Assembly (NCBI GenBank): GCA_900547465.1
Contig: URHJ01000003.1
Coordinates: 980 to 64,979 of the forward strand
Length of the DNA: 64,000 nt
Reading direction: 5' to 3'
DNA from: an uncultured Mycoplasmatota bacterium
GTDB taxonomy: Bacteria; Bacillota_I; Bacilli_A; RF39; UBA660
Shown here: positions 32,634 to 42,132 of the stretch, one piece after another
How the letters are laid out: each line of letters opens with the position of its first letter
Numbering within the stretch: position 1 is the stretch's first letter
Position numbers and translations under genes: made by a program
Notes under the pieces: generated by a model
What the model saw: the letters and a program-made list of their open reading frames with translations, nothing else
What the model was told of the DNA's origin: nothing
The model's database searches: none

Positions 32634-33215
32634 ATGTATATAATAAGAAATAATATAGATGATGAACAAATTATAAAAAATTCAAGATTTATTACTCGTC
32701 TTGTAAAAATTACTAAAAAAGATGAGGTAGAAGATATTTTAAATAATGTAAAAAAAGAATATCCAAAGGCAACACATTATTGTTATGCTTATATAGTTAA
32801 TGATTATAAAAAAGCAAGTGATGATGGTGAACCTGGTGGCACTGCTGGTATGCCTATTTTGAATGTTTTAGAAAAAGAAGATATGACATCAGTTATTGCG
32901 ATAGTTGTTCGTTACTTTGGTGGAATAAAATTAGGAGCTGGAGGTTTGGTTAGGGCTTATTCTTCATCAGTTAGAGATACTTTAAAAAAGGCAGATAAAA
33001 TTCTATTAATTGAGGGAGTGCAAATTAAAATTACAATACCATATGATAGACAAAATGAACTTAATTATATTCTAAAGGATAGTGAAATAGTTGATAAAAC
33101 CTTTACAGATAAAGTTACATATATTATAAATTGTAGTAAAGAAATGTCAAAAAAATTACATCAGTATAATCCAATAATAATTAAAGAAACATATATAGAA
33201 AAAAAAGATTCATAG
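32634..33215 (+). CDS. yigZ: YigZ/IMPACT family protein
   Basis: IKNSRFI, HYCYAY, and DDGEPGGTAGMPIL signature. Confidence 0.85.
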   Translation: MYIIRNNIDDEQIIKNSRFITRLVKITKKDEVEDILNNVKKEYPKATHYCYAYIVNDYKKASDDGEPGGTAGMPILNVLEKEDMTSVIAIVVRYFGGIKLGAGGLVRAYSSSVRDTLKKADKILLIEGVQIKITIPYDRQNELNYILKDSEIVDKTFTDKVTYIINCSKEMSKKLHQYNPIIIKETYIEKKDS

Positions 33216-33301
33216 GCTACCTATGAATTTTTATTACTCTACTTTTCTATGTAAATAACAAATATAGTTATTATTTTCCTTTTAAAAAACTAGAAGTATG
33301 A

Positions 33302-33826
33302 TTAATTGCAACCTAAACCACCATAATCCGACACATAACAGCCATGTCCATTAGTACTTGTTGTAGGCATTGACCAGCAACTTACAATTCCACCCAAATT
33401 AGCACCACAATGCTCAGAAGTACCCAAACATGATCGATAACAATCTATAGTGTCTGAGGTGTATCTGCAGTCACTATTTGAGAAAGCTTCTTTGATGTGA
33501 TTTTTTTCTACACTATAATTGTTTGACTTAAAACAATATGCTTTTCTGTCTTTTAAAAAAATACATACTCCTTTTTTACTTGCAAATACATTTCCTGTTT
33601 GATTAACGTCTGCTGTTGCTAAATCAAAATATTGATTGTCTGCCTTCTTATATAGTTCATCAATAGCTTGCTGTGTAGTTGTTGCTGATAATCCACTTGA
33701 TGCATTAGAATATGAAACGTTAGTTGCCACTACTGTTGATGCATATACTCCCCCACCTGTAATTATTCCTCCTAATACCATTCCTGTTCCTAATGTTTTT
33801 ATCATATCTTTATTCTTTTCTTTCAT
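33302..33826 (-). CDS. Secreted Cys-rich protein (about 174 aa)
   Basis: Start taken at MKEKNKDMIKTLGTG (GAGGAAAG SD). Gly-rich signal or TM segment, then NVSYSNASSGLSATTTQQAIDELY, then a C-terminal half with nine Cys. Confidence 0.6.
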   Translation of the reverse strand: MKEKNKDMIKTLGTGMVLGGIITGGGVYASTVVATNVSYSNASSGLSATTTQQAIDELYKKADNQYFDLATADVNQTGNVFASKKGVCIFLKDRKAYCFKSNNYSVEKNHIKEAFSNSDCRYTSDTIDCYRSCLGTSEHCGANLGGIVSCWSMPTTSTNGHGCYVSDYGGLGCN

Positions 33827-34119
33827 ACTTTCCTCATACTTTCCACAACCTTTACTTATCTTACTAATTAGATTGTACCCCCACCCAGTGAATTTTGTCA
33901 ACCCTTATTTTGTAGGCTGTTTACGGTAATTTATTTCCTAAATTTAGAATTTCTTGATGGTTATTTACATTGACATTAGTCAAGGTTGAATTTCATTTCT
34001 GATTTTTTCTTCAAATTCAACTATTTTTTTTAAGAGTAGAAAACGTTGGTCAAAAAAAGAGCATTTTTAGATATTATAAAACTAAAAACGCTCTTGGTTA
34101 AAATGATAAATAATATTTT

Positions 34120-34827
34120 TTATTTACTATAATTTTTTACAAAACTTTTAATACCTTGAACCTTGTCTAACTTGCCCCTTTCTATTAGATCAAGTGTATC
34201 TTCTTTAGAAATAATGTTATGATCTAGCTCTATTTTCATTATATCTAGAGCAACTTTATTTTTGTTGTAATCAGTCTTTTGTATTTCTGTTGTAACATCT
34301 AAAATATCTTCAATAGTTTTTGGTACTCCACCTAAGGTTTTAGATAGAATTGGACTGTTATACATTATTTTAGTTACGACGGTTGATTCTTTAAATAGTT
34401 CTACATTTCTTAATGGGATAGCAAGAATAATTAAGATTAAAAACATCACAATATATCCTTCTAAAATACCAAATATAAATCCAAGTATTTTAGATGGTAG
34501 AGTTAAAATAATAGTTATATCTACTAGTTTTTGAATAATACCAGTTAATTTAAATATGATTGTCGCGATAGAAAAAAGTATTGTTGCGATAAATATAAAG
34601 GCAATTAACTGATAAACTAAAATATTTAATGTTTGTAAACCATCAAAGGAAAAGAATGGAAACCATTTACATAAAACTAAACCTATTTTATCTTTTAAGA
34701 GAAAAGATATTATATAAACTAGGATTGTCCCTATGAAAACAACACTTTCTTTTAAGAATCCCTTTTTTAATCCCATTACTCCAGACGAAATAATTAATAA
34801 TATTACAATAACGCTAAAAATATTCAT
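34120..34827 (-). CDS. cvpA: CvpA family membrane protein
   Basis: N-terminal 4-TM CvpA-like region (MNIFSVIVILLI...GLKKGFLKE). Neighbour of rnhC, as in Bacillus. Confidence 0.65.
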   Translation of the reverse strand: MNIFSVIVILLIISSGVMGLKKGFLKESVVFIGTILVYIISFLLKDKIGLVLCKWFPFFSFDGLQTLNILVYQLIAFIFIATILFSIATIIFKLTGIIQKLVDITIILTLPSKILGFIFGILEGYIVMFLILIILAIPLRNVELFKESTVVTKIMYNSPILSKTLGGVPKTIEDILDVTTEIQKTDYNKNKVALDIMKIELDHNIISKEDTLDLIERGKLDKVQGIKSFVKNYSK

Positions 34828-34900
34828 TAATTTTACCTTCTTTCTCTAATATTATAGCATATTTTTTTTATTTTCGTTATAATAATAGTGAGGTGATTAA

Positions 34901-35806
34901 ATGAACGTTGTAATCAGAGTAAATGATGAGATAAAACAAAAGATGATTGAATATTATAAAGATAAAGTTCGTGATAAGAAGATACCATATGTTGTATTTC
35001 AGGCACAAGAAGAAGATACAGTAATTACTATGTATGAATCTGGAAAAGTAATGTTTCAAGGAACTTCAGCTGATGTTGACGCTTCTATGTGGGGTGTTGC
35101 ATTAGAAAAGTCAAAAGATAAGGAAAAACCTAAAATAGATGAAAAGTATCACAATTGTTCTTCTGTTGGTAGTGATGAAGTTGGTACGGGGGATTATTTT
35201 GGTCCTATTGTTGTTACTGCGAGTTACGTAACAAAAGATGATGTTTCTTTTTTAGATGAATTAGGTGTTGGAGATTCTAAAAAAATAAATGATGAAAAGA
35301 TTAAAAAGATTGCTCCGGAGATTGCTAAAAGAGTTAAATATAGAAGTGTTATTTTATCTAATAAAGAATATAATGAAAAATATACAAAAGATGTTAATAT
35401 GAATAAAATTAAAGCAATTATGCATAATAGAGTTTTGTATCAATTAGTTAATGAAGAAAAGCCAAAATATGATTATATAATAGTTGATGAATTTGCTAGA
35501 GAAGCTAGATATTATGATTACTTAAAAGATATACCCAATGTTCAAAGAGATATTACTTTTATGACAAAAGCAGAAGATAAGAATTTAGCTGTTGCTTGTT
35601 CTTCTATTATTAGTAGATATTTATTTTTAAAAGAATTTGATAAGTTGTGTGATGAAATTCATATTCCTCTAGTTAAAGGTGCATCTAAGGAGGTCGATAA
35701 GATTGGCGAAGAAGTAGTCGAAAAATACGGTGAAGAAAAGCTTAAAGATATTGCTAAGCTAAATTTCAAGAACACAGAAAGAATATTACATACTATGATA
35801 TATTAA
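34901..35806 (+). CDS. rnhC: Ribonuclease HIII
   Basis: N-terminal TBP-like domain plus the catalytic SDEVGTGDYFGP motif. 301 aa. Confidence 0.92.
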   Translation: MNVVIRVNDEIKQKMIEYYKDKVRDKKIPYVVFQAQEEDTVITMYESGKVMFQGTSADVDASMWGVALEKSKDKEKPKIDEKYHNCSSVGSDEVGTGDYFGPIVVTASYVTKDDVSFLDELGVGDSKKINDEKIKKIAPEIAKRVKYRSVILSNKEYNEKYTKDVNMNKIKAIMHNRVLYQLVNEEKPKYDYIIVDEFAREARYYDYLKDIPNVQRDITFMTKAEDKNLAVACSSIISRYLFLKEFDKLCDEIHIPLVKGASKEVDKIGEEVVEKYGEEKLKDIAKLNFKNTERILHTMIY

Positions 35807-35807
35807 G

Positions 35808-35870
35808 AATCGTTTCAAAGGACGATTTTTTTATATTAAACTTAAAAACCTCACTTTTAAGCGAGGTTTT
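35808..35870. terminator. Two hairpins between convergent rnhC and the 422-aa gene
   Basis: AATCGT...ACGATT followed by TTTTTT (35808-35832), and AAAACCTCAC...GCGAGGTTTT (35845-35870). Confidence 0.65.
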
Positions 35871-35883
35871 AATTTTAATCATT

Positions 35884-37152
35884 TTAACTTTCTTTGTTAA
35901 TTACTACTACTGCTCGAGCACCAAAGTCTGTACTTGTAGTATTCCATGCACCTATATTACCACCATAAGCAATGGTATAGGATTTAGTACCATCAGTTGA
36001 AGCTGACATTGTCCAATATCCATTATTTTTCTCATCAGTAGCATCATCATTTGTACCACCATAGGATGTTGAAGATTTTAAATAATTGCTCATCCAAATT
36101 GGACAAGTTTTTTCTGCAGCTGTACATCCAAGTGTCATAGCCTCTTGTAATGTTACCATTCTTGCTTTGGCTACTTTTTCAGTTAATGTATAAGAATTAG
36201 CTGTACAAGCTGTATCGCTACATCCAGTAAAAGCATTAGTGTTATTAAAGTTTGTTGTACCCATTGTATATGTCTGGTCATTCACATTAGTCCAGTCTTT
36301 AGTTTTATCTTCTAGTGTTGGTAAAATTGTTGATGGGCCTTTTGTACTGTCATTGGCATCAAGATACCATGCTGTATTATAAACTATATTTTCTCTTTGT
36401 TGAAGTGTCATAGTTTCACCATCATCATGTAGAACATAAAAATATTTCATTGTAGTATCATTAACCATGTACTTTATAATTGTTCCTACTGGACATGTAT
36501 TAGATGTTTTGTCTTTGTAGCATTCAGTCTTTTGGCAAGTTTCTTCATCACCTGTAATACATTTTGTGGCATCTAATTCAACAGTTCCACCAGGATTATA
36601 TGTATAGGCCTCAATTATATTATTATCTATTTTACTTAAGTTAGATTGATCTGCTGGAAATGCTAAATCTGCTGTTGCAAGACCTGCTGTTGCGCCAAAT
36701 GTAACTGTAACATTTTGTGTATCTTTGTTTAATATTCTAACTTTAATCTTTTTTCTTTCTGTATTTGTTCCATTAGCTCCTAGCACTACTCCACTTTGTG
36801 TAGGTGCCTCATCTCCACTTTTTAAATAACCAATTTGAATGTTAGATGAGGTTGCTTTATAAAATAGGTTTAATTTAGCATCTCTACCATTAACATTAAC
36901 TAAGTCCATAGCAACAACTCTAGCCTCTCCTGGAGCTACAACAACTTCCTTGTCACTATCTAAATCTGTCGATTCAATAAGTGCATATAAATTTCCTGTA
37001 ACTATATTTAGAGCTCCCTTACTCTCACTACTAGTTGTAAATAAGGCATATGAGAAGTACCCTCCTATAACTAATATTGTTACAAGAACTATCAAAATTA
37101 AATAACCTGTGTGTATATTTATTTTTTGTTTTAAAAAATACTTTAGTTTCAC
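35884..37152 (-). CDS. Secreted protein: TasA/camelysin-type signal and beta-rich domain fused to a Cys-rich DUF1566/Lcl-like C-terminal domain
   Basis: TM helix then GYFSYA-LFTTSSESKGALNIVTGNLYALIES, paralogous to the leader at 26253-26897. The C-terminus ARMVTLQEAMTLGC...GYWTMSAS...GARAVVVI resembles the DUF1566 pattern. Confidence 0.5.
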   Translation of the reverse strand: MKLKYFLKQKINIHTGYLILIVLVTILVIGGYFSYALFTTSSESKGALNIVTGNLYALIESTDLDSDKEVVVAPGEARVVAMDLVNVNGRDAKLNLFYKATSSNIQIGYLKSGDEAPTQSGVVLGANGTNTERKKIKVRILNKDTQNVTVTFGATAGLATADLAFPADQSNLSKIDNNIIEAYTYNPGGTVELDATKCITGDEETCQKTECYKDKTSNTCPVGTIIKYMVNDTTMKYFYVLHDDGETMTLQQRENIVYNTAWYLDANDSTKGPSTILPTLEDKTKDWTNVNDQTYTMGTTNFNNTNAFTGCSDTACTANSYTLTEKVAKARMVTLQEAMTLGCTAAEKTCPIWMSNYLKSSTSYGGTNDDATDEKNNGYWTMSASTDGTKSYTIAYGGNIGAWNTTSTDFGARAVVVINKES

Positions 37153-37242
37153 TCTATCACCATCTTATCTTATAGAATAATAATAACATAATTTATATTG
37201 TTTGACAATTATTATTGTAGAAAAAAAGTATCTTAACGATAC

Positions 37243-38364
37243 TTAATCCAAATTCTTTTGTAACTCACGTAACTTTCCTAAGAATTCGTTTGTTTTCTTT
37301 ATTTCTTCATCTAATTTTTCATAATTTGCAGTATTTTCAAGCTCTAGGCTATTATCGTTAGGTTGTTGTTTTTCAATTCCAAAAATAGGAGAAATAATTG
37401 GACTACTTTTGAATACATGATCATCATTATAGGCTTTAGCCTTATCAATTGAATAAAAGTCGTCTAATACAACTTTATTAGTTTCTGGTTCTTTTACCTC
37501 TACTTTTCTTGATTCAATTATTTCTGGTTCTTGTTCTTTTATATTTAAAGCTTCTGCTTCTTCTTTTATATTATTCATACGCATTTCTAAGTCTTGTAAT
37601 GATATAGGTTCATTGCCCTCATCTGCATATTGTGTAACCTCGTTTTGTTCATATAGAACATCACTTTTCTTCATTAATTCTTCAACACTTATAATTGCAT
37701 TTTTTTCTTGTTCTTCTTCAAATTCTGTTAATTCAATATTCTTACTTTCTTCTTGTTGTTCTTGTTTTTCTTGGGCTTTTAATAGCTCAATAGTTGCTTT
37801 ACGTAACTCTTCTTTAGCTTCTTCTTGATTAGGCACTGCATCTGTATATTGTAATGGCTCTTCTTTTTTGTTATCATCTAAATCTAATGTTTCTATCTCA
37901 TCTTTAACTTTTTCATAAATATCTGTAACACTGTCTTTTGGAAGAGTTTTATTTTCTTCTTTAATTTCTAAGACAGGTGTAGAATTTTCTTCTTTCTTTT
38001 TTTTAAATTCTTCGATTGGAATTACTAATGGTACCTCTTGTTTCTTTTCCTCTACAGTTACTACCTTTAAAGGAATAACTTCAGCTGGATTTTCTTTTTC
38101 TATACTAGTTTCTTTCTTCAACTCAGTAACTGGTTCAATTATTTTTTCAATAACTGGTTGTTCAACCACTATATTATTACTTTTTTCATTATCTTCTAAC
38201 TGTTCTATCAATTCATTTAACTCCTTTGTATTACGTTTTTTTCTTTTACTATGATAACTCTTTTCAATAACAAAGTATAAGGTTCCTAAAATACATATTG
38301 CAATCGCAACTGCAATTACGATACGTACCTCATCAGTGCTTAAAAATTCCATTAGTTCATTCAT
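37243..38364 (-). CDS. N-terminally anchored, Glu/Lys-rich low-complexity protein
   Basis: TM helix (IVIAVAIAICILGTLYFVI), about 250 aa of E/K/I/P-rich sequence, and a conserved-looking C-terminus SSPIISPIFGIEK plus a helix. AGAGGTGA SD before the ATG at 38364. Confidence 0.6.
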   Translation of the reverse strand: MNELMEFLSTDEVRIVIAVAIAICILGTLYFVIEKSYHSKRKKRNTKELNELIEQLEDNEKSNNIVVEQPVIEKIIEPVTELKKETSIEKENPAEVIPLKVVTVEEKKQEVPLVIPIEEFKKKKEENSTPVLEIKEENKTLPKDSVTDIYEKVKDEIETLDLDDNKKEEPLQYTDAVPNQEEAKEELRKATIELLKAQEKQEQQEESKNIELTEFEEEQEKNAIISVEELMKKSDVLYEQNEVTQYADEGNEPISLQDLEMRMNNIKEEAEALNIKEQEPEIIESRKVEVKEPETNKVVLDDFYSIDKAKAYNDDHVFKSSPIISPIFGIEKQQPNDNSLELENTANYEKLDEEIKKTNEFLGKLRELQKNLD

Positions 38365-38558
38365 TATGTTCACCTCTATTATCATTCTATCATACTCTTT
38401 AAAAATACCAAATATGATTTTACGTAAATTTTTGTTCGTTTTACAAAAGTTTTACATAAGTGTGCTTTTTGATTTACATTCATCTTTATTTCACTTTCAT
38501 CATAACATAATTTTTACTAATTTAGTATATTTTTTTACATTTTTTCATATTTTCTACT

Positions 38559-39848
38559 ATGAAAGAAAAGTTCATTATATCTACAATAATTTTATTAGTT
38601 GGTGGTTTCTTAACAAAGGTACTTGGTATGATAATAAAAATAGTGATGACTAGATTGATAGGAACTGAGGGAATCGGTTTATACATGATGATTTTGCCTA
38701 CTTTTTCTCTTTTTATAGGTCTTGCTCAAGCTGGTTTTCCCATTGCAATATCGAAACTAGTAGCTGAAGATACAAAGAATAATAAGAAAATTTATGCTTC
38801 TTTATTTCCTGTATCATTCATTATTAATATAATCTTAATGCTTATAATTATACTTATTGCTAAAACTTTAGCTGTTAATCTACTTCATGATGAAAGATGT
38901 CTTTATGGAATATATGCTATAAGTTTAGTAATACCATTAACAACATTATCTAGTATGTGTAGAAGTTACTTTTTTGGTAAGCAAAAAATGTTACCGCATG
39001 TACTAAGTAATATAACTGAAGATATAGCTAGACTAGCACTAATAATTATAGGAGTACCCTTCTTTTATGAAAAGGGGGTTGAATATGCTGTTTGTTATGT
39101 AATATTAATTAATATAGTAAGTGAATTAATATCTATTTTAATTTTATTTTTCTTTATGCCTAAAAATATAAAAATAAGAAAAGAGGATTTGAGTCCAAGT
39201 AGAATTTATTTAAAAGATTCTTTAGATATCTCTATACCAAATACTGCATCAAGATTGATTGGTTCTGTTGCATATTTTATAGAACCAATTATATTGACAT
39301 CTACTCTTATACATGTTGGGTATTCAAATAGTTTTATTGTAAATGAGTATGGAATTTTAACTGGTTACGTCTTACCCATACTATTGTTGCCGTCTTTCTT
39401 TACTTTAGCAATTTCACAAGCATTACTTCCTACTGTTACAAGACTTTATTATAGAAATGATATAAAGGGAGTAAAAAGAAAAATAAAACAAGCTCTTTTC
39501 TTTTCTCTTTTAATAGGTATACCAACAACTATTCTTTTAATGATAGAACCAGAGTTTTTCTTAAACTTAATTTATCACACTAAAAAAGGAGCCAGTTATA
39601 TGGTTTTCTTGGCACCTTTTTGTCTTTTGCAATATATTGAAGCACCACTTGCCTTTAGTTTGGATGCTATCGGTAAAAGTAAAGATAATATGAAAGCTAC
39701 TCTTTATGGTACTATTGTTAGAACTTCTCTACTCTTTCTTCTTGCATTTTTAAAAATAGGAATTTGGTGTTTAATAATATCAACTGCATTAAATATAATT
39801 GTTATTACTTTTTATAATTTGTATAAGATTCGAAAGTATTTGAAATAA
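38559..39848 (+). CDS. MOP-superfamily flippase, SpoVB / polysaccharide biosynthesis type
   Basis: N-terminus LLVGGFLTKVLGMIIKIVMTRLIGTEGIGLYMM...AGFPIAISKLVAE is typical of SpoVB-like proteins. About 12 TM segments. Confidence 0.7.
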   Translation: MKEKFIISTIILLVGGFLTKVLGMIIKIVMTRLIGTEGIGLYMMILPTFSLFIGLAQAGFPIAISKLVAEDTKNNKKIYASLFPVSFIINIILMLIIILIAKTLAVNLLHDERCLYGIYAISLVIPLTTLSSMCRSYFFGKQKMLPHVLSNITEDIARLALIIIGVPFFYEKGVEYAVCYVILINIVSELISILILFFFMPKNIKIRKEDLSPSRIYLKDSLDISIPNTASRLIGSVAYFIEPIILTSTLIHVGYSNSFIVNEYGILTGYVLPILLLPSFFTLAISQALLPTVTRLYYRNDIKGVKRKIKQALFFSLLIGIPTTILLMIEPEFFLNLIYHTKKGASYMVFLAPFCLLQYIEAPLAFSLDAIGKSKDNMKATLYGTIVRTSLLFLLAFLKIGIWCLIISTALNIIVITFYNLYKIRKYLK

Positions 39849-40075
39849 TCTTTTAATTATCTTTGCAATCTAGATTATATTTTTTTGTTATTTTACCATC
39901 TGTATTATAGATAGATATTACACTTTTATCCATATCACATTTGTAATCATCATTAATAACGTATGTGGTAATTTTGTGGTAGTAAATTATTTAACTTACT
40001 ATTTTATTGTAATTTCATTTTTTTCACAAAATATTCACATTCATTGTATAATATAGTTATTGGGAGGAATTTCAA

Positions 40076-40744
40076 ATGAAAATATTAATTGTTGATGATG
40101 AAGATATGATTCGTGAAGTTATAAAAGAATACAGTGAAGATGCAGGTTATCAAACTGATGAAGCTGAAAATGGAAAAATAGCTTTAAAAAAAATAAATAA
40201 AAATACTTATGACTTACTTATACTGGATATTATGATGCCAGAAATGGACGGATTTACTGTTTTAAAAAATATTCCAAAAGAGAAAATGATTCCAACCATT
40301 GTCTTATCCGCTCGTGGAGAAGAATATGATAAACTTAACGGTTTTGATCTTGGAATAGACGACTATTTAACTAAACCATTCTCACCAAAAGAGTTAATAG
40401 CGAGAATTAAAGCAGTATTAAATCGTACTCAAAAAAACTTACCCACTCTTTATAGATATAAAACTTTAGAAGTTAATTTTTCCGCACACACACTTAAAAT
40501 AGACGATAAAATAATTAATATTACTCCAAAGGAATTTGAAATTCTTACCTATTTAATTGAAAATAAAGATATTGCTATCTCTAGGGAACAACTTTTATCA
40601 AAATTATGGGGATATGACTTTTTTGGCGATGATAGAACTGTTGATACTCATATAAAAATGTTAAGAAGTAATTTAGGAATATATCGTAACTTAATCGAAA
40701 CTGTTCGAGGAGTTGGATATAAGTTTAATGATGAAGAAAAATAG
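40076..40744 (+). CDS. OmpR-family response regulator
   Basis: Receiver domain (ILIVDDE...LLILDIMMPEMDG...LTKPF) plus a winged-helix output (RTVDTHIKMLRSNL...VRGVGYKF). Confidence 0.92.
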   Translation: MKILIVDDEDMIREVIKEYSEDAGYQTDEAENGKIALKKINKNTYDLLILDIMMPEMDGFTVLKNIPKEKMIPTIVLSARGEEYDKLNGFDLGIDDYLTKPFSPKELIARIKAVLNRTQKNLPTLYRYKTLEVNFSAHTLKIDDKIINITPKEFEILTYLIENKDIAISREQLLSKLWGYDFFGDDRTVDTHIKMLRSNLGIYRNLIETVRGVGYKFNDEEK

Positions 40745-42119
40745 TTTAAATATAAAGATATGGAAATATTTAAGTATATTTTCTATTATAATTTTGTTGT
40801 TCCTATGGATATTTCAAATTCTTTTTTTAAATAAATTTTATGAAATACAAAAAACTAAGGATATAAAAGATGTTGCTGAGAAACTAAAGGTTGCTAAAGA
40901 TGATGAAGACTTATCTAAAGTAATTAATCAAAATGCATATGATAAAAATATTTGTGTTGAAATAACAAATAAAAATGAAACCTTATATTCTAGTAAGTAC
41001 TTATCTCATGGTTGTTTAATGGGAAATGAGGAAAATATTAATTATAAATCTGATTTCATATATAATAATTATCAAAAGATGACTTATAAAATAATCAATC
41101 CTAATTTTAAAAATAAAACTATTGTATATGGTATGAAATTAGATAATAATTTATATGCTTTTGTAAATACATCTGTTCAACCTCTTGACCATACTATTAA
41201 TATTTTAAAGAAACAACTTATTTATGTTACTATAATCGTCTTAGTACTTTCGTTTATAATTGCTTATTTTATATCAAAAAAAATCTCTACACCAATTATA
41301 AATATTACTGATGGTGCTAATAGACTTGCTAAGAAAGATTTTAATGTTGTCTTTTCAAATGATGAAGATATAAAAGAAATAAATGATTTAGCTGATTCAC
41401 TAAATTATGCTAGAGATGAATTAGAGAAAACTGATGAATTAAGAAGAGATTTAATGGCAAATGTTTCACATGACTTAAAAACTCCTTTAACTATGATTAA
41501 AGCTTATGCAGAAATGGCTAGAGATTTAAATAAAGATAATCAAGAAAAAAGAACTCAAAATATGAATGTAATTATAGAAGAAGTTGATAGACTGGCATAT
41601 CTTGTTAACGATATCTTAGATTTATCTAAAATACAATCTGATATAGAGGATTTACATTATACTGAATTTGATATTAATGAATTAATTTTAAATATATTAA
41701 AAAGATATGAAATATTAAAAGAAACTGAAAATTACCATTTCATTTATAAAAATAAGAAGAAAATACTTGTTACAGCTGATGAAAAGAAAATTGAACAAGT
41801 TATATATAATTTATTAAATAATGCTATTAACTATACTGGTGATGATAAGAAAGTAATTATTAATCTAGAAGAGATTGATGATGGTATTAGAATAGAAATT
41901 AAGGATACTGGTAAAGGTATTAAAAATGAGGATATTCCATATATTTGGGATAGATATTATAAAAATAAGAAGAAACATAAGAGAAATTTAGTTGGTACTG
42001 GACTTGGTTTATCTATTGTTAAGGAAATATTAGAAAAACATAATTATAAGTATGGGGTTACTTCTAAAGAAGGTATGGGTACTACATTCTATTTTGAAAT
42101 AAAAGAAAAACAGGCTTGA
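40728..42119 (+). CDS. Sensor histidine kinase
   Basis: Two TM segments flank an extracellular domain. HAMP-like linker, H-box ANVSHDLKTPLT, N box NLLNNAINYT, G boxes DTGKGI and GTGLGLSIV. The start (40728, 40731, or TTG at 40713) is uncertain. Confidence 0.9.
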   Translation: MMKKNSLNIKIWKYLSIFSIIILLFLWIFQILFLNKFYEIQKTKDIKDVAEKLKVAKDDEDLSKVINQNAYDKNICVEITNKNETLYSSKYLSHGCLMGNEENINYKSDFIYNNYQKMTYKIINPNFKNKTIVYGMKLDNNLYAFVNTSVQPLDHTINILKKQLIYVTIIVLVLSFIIAYFISKKISTPIINITDGANRLAKKDFNVVFSNDEDIKEINDLADSLNYARDELEKTDELRRDLMANVSHDLKTPLTMIKAYAEMARDLNKDNQEKRTQNMNVIIEEVDRLAYLVNDILDLSKIQSDIEDLHYTEFDINELILNILKRYEILKETENYHFIYKNKKKILVTADEKKIEQVIYNLLNNAINYTGDDKKVIINLEEIDDGIRIEIKDTGKGIKNEDIPYIWDRYYKNKKKHKRNLVGTGLGLSIVKEILEKHNYKYGVTSKEGMGTTFYFEIKEKQA

Positions 42120-42132
42120 ACCTGTTTTTTAG

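Noticed and set aside
34877-35059. 60-aa minus-strand ORF overlapping the rnhC start
   Set aside because: Shadow ORF opposite a confidently called RNase HIII.
38336-38653. 105-aa plus-strand ORF spanning the divergent intergenic region
   Set aside because: It overlaps the start of the minus-strand E/K-rich gene and runs out of frame into the flippase gene. It is F/I/Y-rich and has no SD.
39849-39975. Minus-strand coding-like fragment (...TTYVINDDYKCDMDKSVISIYNTDGKITKKYNLDCKDN-stop) downstream of the flippase gene
   Set aside because: It has no credible start or SD and only about 40 codons are open. It may be a remnant of a degraded gene, but there is not enough evidence to call a feature.
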